From an uncultured Phycisphaerales bacterium (GTDB taxonomy: Bacteria; Planctomycetota; Phycisphaerae; Tepidisphaerales; Tepidisphaeraceae), in contig CAVWVQ010000002.1 of NCBI GenBank assembly GCA_963758525.1, forward strand, positions 128,001-192,000: a stretch of 64,000 nt of DNA, written 5' to 3'. Under the pieces are notes generated by a model. It was not told where the DNA came from. It worked only from the letters and a program-made list of their open reading frames with translations, and made no database searches. Made by a program: the position numbers and the translations under genes. Every line of letters begins with the position of its first letter. Position 1 is the stretch's first letter. Of this stretch, positions 52,044 through 61,150 are shown piece by piece.

Positions 52044-55000
52044 GTGACAACGAGGTTTCAGGGTTGGCTGCCGCTGGCGGCATGTGCAGTTGCGATGATG
52101 GCCTTCCTGTGCCTTGGGGCAACGGACAGCGTCGGCGGCGCCGGCAATCATCCGGTGCGGCGGGTTAAGGTCCTGTTCCTCGGCGACGAGGGACACCACG
52201 TTCCCCGCGAGCGCGCCCGGCAACTGATCCCCGTCGCGTCGCGCAACGGCATCGACATCAGCTACACCGAAGACATCGGCGATCTGAATCCGGCTACGCT
52301 GAATATGTACGACTGCCTGATGATCTACGCCAACATCGAGAGGATTTCGCCGGAGCACGAAAAGGCGCTGCTGGATTACGTCGAAGGGGGCCATGGGCTG
52401 GTCGCGCTGCACTGCGCGTCCTACTGCTTCCTCAATTCGCCAAAGTACATCGCGCTGGTCGGGGCCGAATTTTCGCATCACAGCACCGGCGTGTTTCGCA
52501 CGAAGATCATTGCGCCGGATCATCCGATCATGAAGGGATTCACCGGCTTTGAGAGCTGGGACGAAACCTACGTTCATACGAAGCACAACACGGAGAATCG
52601 CACGGTGCTGGAGATGCGCGACACTGAGCCGTACACGTGGGTGCGGACGCAGGGAAAAGGGCGGGTTTTCTACACCGCCTGGGGACATGACGAGCGGACG
52701 TGGGGCAATCCCGGATTCGTGGATCTGGTGGAGCGCGGGACTCGCTGGGCGGCCGGCGATTGGGCGATGGGGCCCCAGCCGCAGCTCAAAGCATTTGAAT
52801 ATGCCGAGGCGCAGGTCCCCCGCTATCTGCAGGCCGCCAAGGGACACAACCAGGCCAGGCAGAACCAGATGCAGCTTCCGCTGGCGGAGGAAGAGTCGAT
52901 CAAGCACATGGTGGTGCCGCAGGGATTTTCGGTGAAGGTCTTCGCATCCGATCCGCTGATTTACAAGCCGATCTGCATGGCATGGGACGAGCGCGGGCGG
53001 CTGTGGGTTAGCGAAACCGTCGATTATCCAAATCAGCTCCAGGATCCCGGCAAAGGTCATGACCGGATCATCATCATCGAAGACTCGACCGGTAAGGGCG
53101 TTGCCGACAAGGTCACGGTGTTTGCCGACAAGCTGAGCATCCCAACGAGCCTCTGCTTTGCCAACGGCGGCGTGATCGTGGCGCAGGCGCCGGACATTCT
53201 GTTCCTCAAGAGCAGCAAAGGGGATGACACAGCCGACGTGAAGCAGGTGCTCTTCAGCGGCTTCGGCACGCGCGACACGCACGCGGAGTGCAGCAATCTT
53301 CGCTACGGGTTTGACGGGTGGATTTACGGGACCGTTGGTTACAGCGGATTTGAAGGAACCGTCGGGGGACAGAAGCTGCACTTCGGCGAAGGGTTCTTCC
53401 GCTTCAAGCCGGACGGCAGCAAGCTGGAATTCCTCGGCTCGACGAACAACAACACCTGGGGGCTGGGCATCAGCGAGGATAATCACATCTTCGCGTCGAC
53501 CGCCAATGGCAATCCAAGCTTCGACCTGGCGATTCCCAATCGCTACTACGAGCAGGCCGAGAATCTCAGCGCCCACGGCACGCAGACCATCGCGGACACG
53601 CCGGCGTTCTATCCCATGACGGACAAGATCCGCCAGGTCGATAATTTCGCGCTTACACCGCCGGCGCGGGAAGCGATCTCTACACCGCGCGGAGTTTCCC
53701 GCAGGAATATTGGAACCGCATCCAATTCGTCGCCGAGCCGACCGGGCATCTGCTCGGCAGGTTTATCCTGAAAAACGTCGGGAGCGCGGTTGTGGCCGTG
53801 AACGATTTCAATCTGCTGGCCAGCGACGATGAATGGACAGCCCCGATCGCGGGAGAAGTCGGGCCGGACGGCGCGGTCTGGATGATCGACTGGTACAACT
53901 ACATCGTTCAGCACAATCCGATCCCCGAAGGTTTCAAGGGCGGCAAGGGTGGCGCATATGAGACGGAGTTGCGCGATAAGTCGCACGGCCGCATCTACCG
54001 GATCGTCTGGGACGGGGCAGCTGCGCCAGGCAGATGGATCTGCGCGGCGCAACGGCAGCGCAGCTCGTGGAGGTGCTGAAGAACGACAATCTCTTTTGGC
54101 GCATGACCGCGCAGCGACTGTTGATCGAAAAAGGGGACAAGTCGATTGTGCCCGATCTGATCAAGCTGGCGGCAGACCAGAGCGTGGACGCGATCGGACT
54201 CAATACCGCCGCCATTCACGCACTCTGGTTGATGAAGATTCTCGGCGCGCTCGACGGAAGCAACGCCGAGGCGACTGCCGCGGCGGTCGCGGCGCTCAAG
54301 CACCCCTCGTCGGCGGTTCGTCGCAATGCGGCGCTGGTGCTCGCGCCGACGGCGGCCAACGCCGACGCAATTCTCGACGCAAAGCTGCTGGCGGACAAAG
54401 ACCCGCAGACGCGAAAGACCGCGCTGCTGGCGCTGGCGGAACTTCCGGCTTCAGACAATGTGGGCGCGGCAATTCTCGAGATCCTCTCGCGGAAGGAAAA
54501 CGCGGCCGACAAGTGGATCCCAGACGCGGCGACGATTGCGGCATGCAAGAATGACGCGGGGTTTCAGAAGGCGCTCTTTGCCAGCTATAAGGGATCGCCC
54601 GCCACGACGGCCCCTGCAACGCCGCAGAATTTAATCCCGAATGGTTCGTTCGAAGAGGTCGAGAACGGGCTGCCCAAAGGATGGCAGGCCCGCAATTATC
54701 AAGGCGCGCCCGCGACGCACGACGTGGTGTCGGATGCTCACGGGGGGCAACACGCTCTGCGCATTACCTCCGCCGGCGGATCAGATGCGAGTTGCTTCGT
54801 CGAAGCTCCCGTCGAACCGAACACCCAATACACGCTCTCCGCGTGGATCAAAACCGAGCAGTTGGTGCAAAGTTCCGGGCTTGGAGCTTTGCTCAATGTG
54901 CATGGCACCGAATTTAAGACCAAGGCTCTGCAGGGAACGCACGACTGGACAAAAGTTGAGACTACGTTCAACAGCGGCAAGCTCACCACAGTCAGCATCA

Positions 55001-56280
55001 ACTGTCTCTTCGGCGGATATGGCCTGGCCAAGGGAACGGCAATCTATGACGATGTGCAACTGATCAAGGGGTCGAGCGGCGCGCTGCCGGGCCTGGTGGG
55101 GTCGGTTGCGTCTGCCGTCATCGAGCACTACGCCCACCGCGCGCCGGTCGATTCGGTCGTCGCCACACTGACGGCAGTGCAAAAAGCCGACCCCCAGCTC
55201 GCAACCCTGGTGATCGACAGCCTGGCCGAGGGGTGGCCGCAGGGGACCGCGCCACAACTGAGCCCCGATGATCTCACATCGCTGCACTCTTTGATGTCGG
55301 TTTTGCCGCCAAATGATCGCACGCGGCTTGTGGCCCTGGCCGATCGTTGGGGGCGCGGCGACATCTTCGCCGCCGACGTGGAGCAGGTTCTCGAAGGGTT
55401 GCGGAAGGACGTGGCGGACACGTCGCTCGATCCAGGCAAACGTGTTGAGGCCGCCCGCAATCTGGTTGTGCTCGACGAGACGGACGCCGCGCCGAAATTC
55501 GTGCTCAAGCAGATTACGGCGCAGACTCCGCCGGACTTGCAGGAGGCACTGGTGCAGGCGGTGGGCAACAGCAAGGCCAACGTCGGTCCGCTGCTGACGG
55601 CCAACTGGACTCATTTCAGCCCGGGCGCGCAGCGCGCGGCCGTCGGACTTCTGCTCCGCAAGCCGCAGTGGACCCCCGCCCTGCTCGACGCGCTGGAAGC
55701 GCGCAAGATTCAGCTCGGCGACCTCAATCCGCAAGACCTGCAATTGCTCACGCAAAATCCCGATAAAGGCATCGCCGCCCGGGCGCAAAAGATCGAGAAA
55801 GACGCCGGCATGGCATCAAACGCCGATCGCCAGAAAGTCATCGACCAGTTCAGCGCCGCCACGGGAAAGACCGGTGATATCGCCGCCGGCAAAGCTATCT
55901 TCGAGAAAAACTGCATGGTCTGTCATACTTTTGAAGGAAGAGGCGCGCAGGTCGGCCCGGAGCTGACCGGCATCGGCACGCGCCCCAAGACCGAGCTGAT
56001 CATCAAGATTCTCGATCCCAACCGCTCCGTCGAAGGAACGTACAAGGCATGGACCGCCGAGACGAAAAACGGTGACACGTTCGTCGGCCGCCTCGCTTCC
56101 GAGAGCCTCACGTCGGTGGAGCTTGTGGATACCCAGGGCCATCACATTCTGCAGCGCAGCGATCTGAAGATTCTGCGGTCATCCAACAAGACGCTGATGC
56201 CCGAAGGATTTGAGTCGCTGGGCGTCGATGGCCTGGCCAATGTGATGGAGTACCTGCAGACGAGCAAGGTGAAGCATTGA
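52044..56280 (+). CDS. PVC-type heme c membrane-associated dehydrogenase (ThuA-like, beta-propeller, HEAT, CBM4/9-like and cytochrome c domains); frameshifts near 53650 and 54025
   Basis: GKGRVFYTAWGHD (ThuA), WDERGRLWVSETVDYPN, DWYN...HGRIYRI, NLIPNGSFEE (CBM), CMVCH...GPELTGIG, LMPEG; AAGGAG RBS. Confidence 0.88.
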
Positions 56281-56289
56281 GGGGGGCCG

Positions 56290-56488
56290 AAATCCGAACG
56301 ACGAAACCAGAATCCCCGAATCAAACCCGAATGACGAATGACTGAATGGCAAAACGCATGCATGCAAGCGACACAACGCGATGAGGATCGAGTCGCTGGG
56401 CTTCATTCGGTCATTCGTCATTCGGGCTTGATTCTGGTTTCTGATTTCGTCATTCGGATTTCACGCGCTGGTTTCGTCATTCGGATTT
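56290..56488. repeat. heptamer-based (CGAATGA/TCATTCG) long inverted repeat
   Basis: ~59-bp imperfect arms at 56290-56348 and 56404-56461, plus a partial extra arm at 56469-56488, between convergent genes. Confidence 0.85.
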
Positions 56489-56494
56489 GTGCTC

Positions 56495-57139
56495 TCACAA
56501 CCCCACCCCCGCGCGCTGAATCTGCAGAATCCATGACGGTGTGCGGCTGACGTATTCACGGATCCACTTGTCGCGCGAGAAGTAGTACCACGCGGTGCTG
56601 CCCTGCGTGAGGACGGCGACGATTGCCATCGCGCCGTAGAGCATCAGGGTAAACTGGCGGATGAAAACGGCGTTGTTTGGCTCGAAGTGGAACGCGGTGT
56701 CGCCGGCCGAGAAGTTGATTGTCAGCGGGCCGGGCGATGCGACGATCAGCGTGTCGATGTTCCAGGCGGCGTAGAGCACAAGCAACAGGCCGAGCACCAC
56801 CTGGTTGTAGCCGAGCGTGCGGGCAGCCGAAGGGTCGAGCCGGCGCAGCCGCTCGCGCGCTCGCAATTCCACAAAGGCCGTGATGATCATCGCCAGGCCC
56901 ATCCAGGTTGCGCTGATGGTGGAGAGGCCGGCGATCAATGTGACCGCGGCGAACAGCGCGATCGTCCAGCCGCTCAGCGCGGCCACGTGCACGGCGCGGC
57001 GAACCCTCCGGCAAGCCTTGCGCACCGCGGCAAGTTCCAGCATCTGTTCGCCGGTGAGAACCAACGGATCGACCGCGTCGCGCGGGGACAGTGACAACGA
57101 ATCCATCCGCATTGCATCGGATGAAGTCGCATGGGCCAT
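56495..57139 (-). CDS. hypothetical membrane protein (about 4 TM)
   Basis: Hydrophobic segments, AGGA RBS, genome-typical codon usage. Confidence 0.65.
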   Translation of the reverse strand: MAHATSSDAMRMDSLSLSPRDAVDPLVLTGEQMLELAAVRKACRRVRRAVHVAALSGWTIALFAAVTLIAGLSTISATWMGLAMIITAFVELRARERLRRLDPSAARTLGYNQVVLGLLLVLYAAWNIDTLIVASPGPLTINFSAGDTAFHFEPNNAVFIRQFTLMLYGAMAIVAVLTQGSTAWYYFSRDKWIREYVSRTPSWILQIQRAGVGL

Positions 57140-57230
57140 GAGTCCTGACGTTCCGCGTATGAATTATGGGACGCGACGGTGCGAAGTGCGGCGATCATCG
57201 CTCGTCCCAGCGCAGCGGAAAAAGCAAAGA

Positions 57231-57254
57231 AGCCGCGGATGTACATCCGCGGCT
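57231..57254. repeat. 24-bp perfect palindrome, identical to 9846-9869
   Basis: AGCCGCGGATGTACATCCGCGGCT downstream of the serine hydrolase gene. Confidence 0.9.
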
Positions 57255-57293
57255 CCGAGGAACGTCCGTTACGCTTCGACGACTGGCTGACCG

Positions 57294-58493
57294 TTACTGC
57301 ACGGCGGCGGCGACGATGTCCTGAAAACTCTGCCGCACCGCGGACGCATCGGAATTCGGGAAGTTGGCCCGCTGCACCATGAGCAGGTAGATCAGGTCCT
57401 TCTTCGGATCGATCCATACTTGCGTCCCATAGGCGCCGCCATGGCCAAATGTGCCGGGCGAGAGAGGCGCGGTAAGGCCCTGGGGGTCGCGGATGATGCA
57501 CCAACCCAGACCCCAGCCGTTGCCGGGCGTGAATCCGGTTTGCAATGGGCCGGTCTGAATGGAGGTCATCTGCGTCACCGCCTCCGGCGAGAGATAGCGA
57601 TGTCCGTCAAGCGTGCCGTTGTTGAGGATCATCCGCGCAAAGAGAGCGTAGTCTGTGGCGGTGGAGTAGAGACCCGCGTTGGGCGCGGGGTAACGATCGC
57701 GGGAGGTCACGTCCATTCCATGGAGCAGATAGACAGTCGCGGGGTTGAGCGTTCCGTCCGGCGTGCGCTCGTAGCTCGTCGCAATCCGTGCCGCCTGCTC
57801 GGCGGTGGGATAGAACGTCGTGTCTTTCATGTTCAGCGGATCGAAGAAATGCTTCTGCAGAAAGTCCGGAAACGACTGGCCGGAGATAACCTCCACGATC
57901 CGGCCCAGCGTGTTGATTCCCGACTGGCAATACTTCCAATTCGAGCCGGGCTCAAAATCGACCGGCTTGCCTGCGTATTTGGGGATCAACTCCGCCAGCG
58001 TCTTTGACGCCATCGCTTCCTCGCGACTGGCTTCCTCCATCCCCGACGTATGCGTGATCAGATGGCGGATCGTCAAATGCGCCAGCTTGCCGTCCTTTGT
58101 CTTTACGTCGGCCAACTCCGGGAGATATTTTGCCACCGGATCATCCACGGCCAGCTTCCCCTGATCCTGCAGCATCAGAATGGCGCTGGCCGTGATTGGT
58201 TTGGTCATCGACGCGATCCAGAACATCGTGTCAGGCCTCATCGGCACGTTTTTCGCGATGTCAGCCTGCCCAAAGGTTTCAACGTCCAGCACTCCCTCGC
58301 GGCTTGCGACGAGCGTCACCGCGCCAGCGATCTCGTGCTGATCGATGAACGATTGCATCTTCGGGCCAAGGCCCGCGAGCTTCTTCGGATCGAGTTGCGG
58401 GCCGGCGGTTTCGCCACGAAGGAGATTTGCGCGCAGCAAAATGATTGCGGCGGCGCACGTCAGGATCAGCCACGCGGACGAGTGATGGTTCAT
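57294..58493 (-). CDS. beta-lactamase-family (class C-like) serine hydrolase, secreted
   Basis: FWIASMTK (SxxK), LITHTSG, FEPGSNWKY, FGHGGAYGT; signal peptide. Confidence 0.9.
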   Translation of the reverse strand: MNHHSSAWLILTCAAAIILLRANLLRGETAGPQLDPKKLAGLGPKMQSFIDQHEIAGAVTLVASREGVLDVETFGQADIAKNVPMRPDTMFWIASMTKPITASAILMLQDQGKLAVDDPVAKYLPELADVKTKDGKLAHLTIRHLITHTSGMEEASREEAMASKTLAELIPKYAGKPVDFEPGSNWKYCQSGINTLGRIVEVISGQSFPDFLQKHFFDPLNMKDTTFYPTAEQAARIATSYERTPDGTLNPATVYLLHGMDVTSRDRYPAPNAGLYSTATDYALFARMILNNGTLDGHRYLSPEAVTQMTSIQTGPLQTGFTPGNGWGLGWCIIRDPQGLTAPLSPGTFGHGGAYGTQVWIDPKKDLIYLLMVQRANFPNSDASAVRQSFQDIVAAAVQ

Positions 58494-58514
58494 GGTGAAA
58501 TTGTAACGCGTCCT

Positions 58515-58714
58515 CGTGGCACGGACATCCTGCCCGTGTTGACGATACGAAACAGAAGAGAACTTCCCGATCACGAGAGCTCTCTTCTCCTCCACGCACT
58601 TGACACCGGCGGAGCCACACCTGCGCCCGTGTTAATTGCAGCAAAGAGACTCCTTCATAGCGAACATTTTATTTACTCCCTCGTCGCCAACACGGGCAGG
58701 ATGCCCGTGCCACG
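58515..58714. repeat. REP doublet (REPIN-like), GTGG type
   Basis: CGTGGCACGGACATCCTGCCCGTGTTGACGA and an inverted copy with 2 mismatches at 58684-58714. Confidence 0.88.
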
Positions 58715-58723
58715 GGAAAGCGA

Positions 58724-59302
58724 TCATACAAGGCTCTGACGAAAGCAATCGGCGGTATGGTCGTTCACCATTCCAACCGCCTGCATGAAGGCGTAGCAGA
58801 TCGTGGACCCGACGAAGTTGAAGCCGCGCTGTTTCAGATCCTTGCTCAGAGCATCCGACAGCGCGGTGTGCGCGGGTAGCGAATGGCCGGGCTTGGGCGC
58901 GTTGACGATCGGCTTGCCATCAACAAATCGCCAGAGGTAGGCGTCAAAACTGCCGAACTCACGCTGAATTTGCAGAAATGCCTTGGCACTTTGAACCGAC
59001 GATTCAATCTTCAGGCGATTGCGAATGATGCCCGCATCGTTCATGAGCGACTCCATCTTTCGGCGGTTGAATTTTGCGACGATCGCCGGATCGAATCCCC
59101 GGTATGCGGCCCGATACGCGTCGCGCTTTTTGAGAATCGTCTCCCAGCTCAGCCCGGCTTGCGCGCCTTCGAGGATGACGAACTCGAAGAGCCGATGTTC
59201 GTCGTGCAGCGGCACGCCCCATTCGGTGTCGTGATAGGCGATGCCAAGCGCCGTGGTCGCCCAAGGGCAGCGTGTGCGGGATCGGATTGCCGGGGCCTTC
59301 AT
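58724..59302 (-). CDS. tag: DNA-3-methyladenine glycosylase I
   Basis: RCPWA...YHDTEWG, LEGAQAGLSW, IIRNRLKI, GFNFVG, MQAVGMVNDH...C. Confidence 0.95.
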   Translation of the reverse strand: MKAPAIRSRTRCPWATTALGIAYHDTEWGVPLHDEHRLFEFVILEGAQAGLSWETILKKRDAYRAAYRGFDPAIVAKFNRRKMESLMNDAGIIRNRLKIESSVQSAKAFLQIQREFGSFDAYLWRFVDGKPIVNAPKPGHSLPAHTALSDALSKDLKQRGFNFVGSTICYAFMQAVGMVNDHTADCFRQSLV

Positions 59303-59398
59303 AAGCGTCCAGTGTCGACAAGTGCCGGCTGGCCGCAAGCAAACTGCGGCGATATGATGCCGCGTTCAATAATTTGCAGCGCAGCAAAGGAGTGCAGC

Positions 59399-60142
59399 GT
59401 GGCGGGAGAGACCGACCTTCATAAAACCTTGAAGAAGGAAGCGTGCCGATGGCTCTTCCGCGCGGGGTATCGATGCATCGCCGCCGAGGTGCGATTGCGG
59501 CCGCTGGGGATCATCGACGCGGTTGGAACCGGCGTGTTTCGGCCATACCAGAATTATCTGTACATGCAGCGGGAGTTGCCGCAGGTATGTTTCGTGGAGT
59601 GCAAGGCGTCTCGCGCGGACTTCCTGCGCGACACGACCGCCGATGGGCAGATGACGCTGGGACTGATGGAGCGCGAACGGAATCTTCGGTCGCTTTCCAG
59701 AAAGGCGAAGCGCGGCCGGCTGCGATCGTCGGCGGTGCGGGCGCTGGGCACGAAGATCGGGCTGGGAAAATTCGCGGCATGCCTGATGCAGCCAATGGCG
59801 AATCTGCATTACGTGCTGGCCCCATCCGGCGTGGTACAGAAGAAGGATCTTCCGGCGCGGTGGGGATTGCTCAGCTATGGAACGGGCGGAGTGACTCTCA
59901 TCGTCCGAGCCGAATGGCAGGAGCGCGGTCGGATCGAGTTTGTCGAGTCGGCCATCGCGCGAACGCTCACTGGCGATATCTATCGCGCCGATGACCGGGC
60001 CATCAATTCGGTCAACCGTGAGATCTTCTCCCAGCAGCAGACGCTTGCCGATCGCATCCGATCGATCCGCCCGCAAGTGGTGCTCGCCCCGCCGAGGACG
60101 GTGCAAAGCGGTAAGGGCGTGGACTCAATCGTCGGACAATGA
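59399..60142 (+). CDS. MmcB-like PD-(D/E)XK nuclease-fold protein
   Basis: AEV...IDAVG...VECKASRADFLRD...HYVLAP...DLPARWGLL; AAGGAG RBS before the GTG. Confidence 0.7.
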   Translation: MAGETDLHKTLKKEACRWLFRAGYRCIAAEVRLRPLGIIDAVGTGVFRPYQNYLYMQRELPQVCFVECKASRADFLRDTTADGQMTLGLMERERNLRSLSRKAKRGRLRSSAVRALGTKIGLGKFAACLMQPMANLHYVLAPSGVVQKKDLPARWGLLSYGTGGVTLIVRAEWQERGRIEFVESAIARTLTGDIYRADDRAINSVNREIFSQQQTLADRIRSIRPQVVLAPPRTVQSGKGVDSIVGQ

Positions 60143-60157
60143 TGAGTGGCGGACCAG

Positions 60158-60213
60158 GTAGCACGGCCGTCTCGGCTGTGGCCTTGGAATCACAGCCGGG
60201 ACGGCCGTGCTAC
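60158..60213. repeat. GTAG-type REP doublet
   Basis: GTAGCACGGCCGTCTCGGCTGTG and an inverted copy with 1 mismatch, 10-bp spacer, between convergent genes. Confidence 0.88.
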
Positions 60214-60248
60214 TGCAGGACTGCAAAGACCCCGTTCTGATGGACGCC

Positions 60249-60896
60249 CTACAGTATGTTCACCGCACGGGCCGCCAGCACGATGACCACGGTCAGCGAG
60301 ATGGCCGATTGCAGCATCGTCAGCACCTTGGCCCAGCGCGAGAGCACGGGCGAATCCGTCGGAGAAAATGCCGTGCTGGTGTTGAATGCCAGGAACAGGT
60401 AGTCGATAAATTCTGGGGACCAGGGCGATCCGTCGGCTTCGAGCGGGTCGTCCCGGGTCATCTGCGGAAACAGAAACGCCCCCGTTGAATGTCCCGGTTT
60501 CAGGTCGCGCCCATGCGGGCCGCCTCCGTCGAGACGCCAGTACCAATAGGCGAAGACGATCACATTGCTGACCCACAGTGTGGCGGCGGAACGCAGCATG
60601 GTTGCGGGCGCCTCCTTATGCGCAGGCACCGCGAGGACCAGCAGAACCAGCGACCAGATCATGAACAGCGTGATGACGCCGGCGAGCGCGTGTCCGAGCA
60701 ACAGATTCAGGTGATGTTGCCCGCGCCGTTGTGTGATGACGGTGGGCACGATCAGGACGAGCACGATCGCAAGCTGCAGCCAGTGGGGGCCGACTGACAG
60801 GGAAGCAGGCAACGCCAGATAGATGCCGCCCACGGCAAGCACCGCGATCGCGGCAGGCCAGCGAGGCTCGGGGTCGAGAGGCGCGTCGGATTCCAT
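60249..60896 (-). CDS. DUF1345-like membrane protein
   Basis: WYWRLDGGGP, FLFPQ, PEFIDYLFLAFNTSTAFSPTD motifs. Confidence 0.75.
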   Translation of the reverse strand: MESDAPLDPEPRWPAAIAVLAVGGIYLALPASLSVGPHWLQLAIVLVLIVPTVITQRRGQHHLNLLLGHALAGVITLFMIWSLVLLVLAVPAHKEAPATMLRSAATLWVSNVIVFAYWYWRLDGGGPHGRDLKPGHSTGAFLFPQMTRDDPLEADGSPWSPEFIDYLFLAFNTSTAFSPTDSPVLSRWAKVLTMLQSAISLTVVIVLAARAVNIL

Positions 60897-61070
60897 TCAG
60901 AGGACTTTCAGCACCACACGACCGATCAGCCAGGCAAGCAACGCCAGTGTAAAGGCCCAAATGACCACTCGGCGCCATTGAGCGGCTCTGAAGTTTACAC
61001 CACAGCGAGGACACACGCCCGAATCAGCGCCGACGATGTCCCTGCAACTTGGACATTTTCGGAGAGTCAC
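60897..61070 (-). CDS. small zinc-ribbon plus TM protein
   Basis: CPSC-x10-CPRC followed by a hydrophobic helix; GGGAG RBS. Confidence 0.6.
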   Translation of the reverse strand: MTLRKCPSCRDIVGADSGVCPRCGVNFRAAQWRRVVIWAFTLALLAWLIGRVVLKVL

Positions 61071-61150
61071 GAAACGCACTCCCAGTACGAGCGCGGCTGG
61101 TGGTGAAAATTTTAAGCGGCGGACCGCGCCAACGGAAGGTGCATGGTTCG

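Noticed and set aside
57294..58493. Antibiotic-resistance beta-lactamase
   Set aside because: A generic serine hydrolase (YCQ rather than AmpC YxN, HGG rather than KTG); nothing indicates resistance function.
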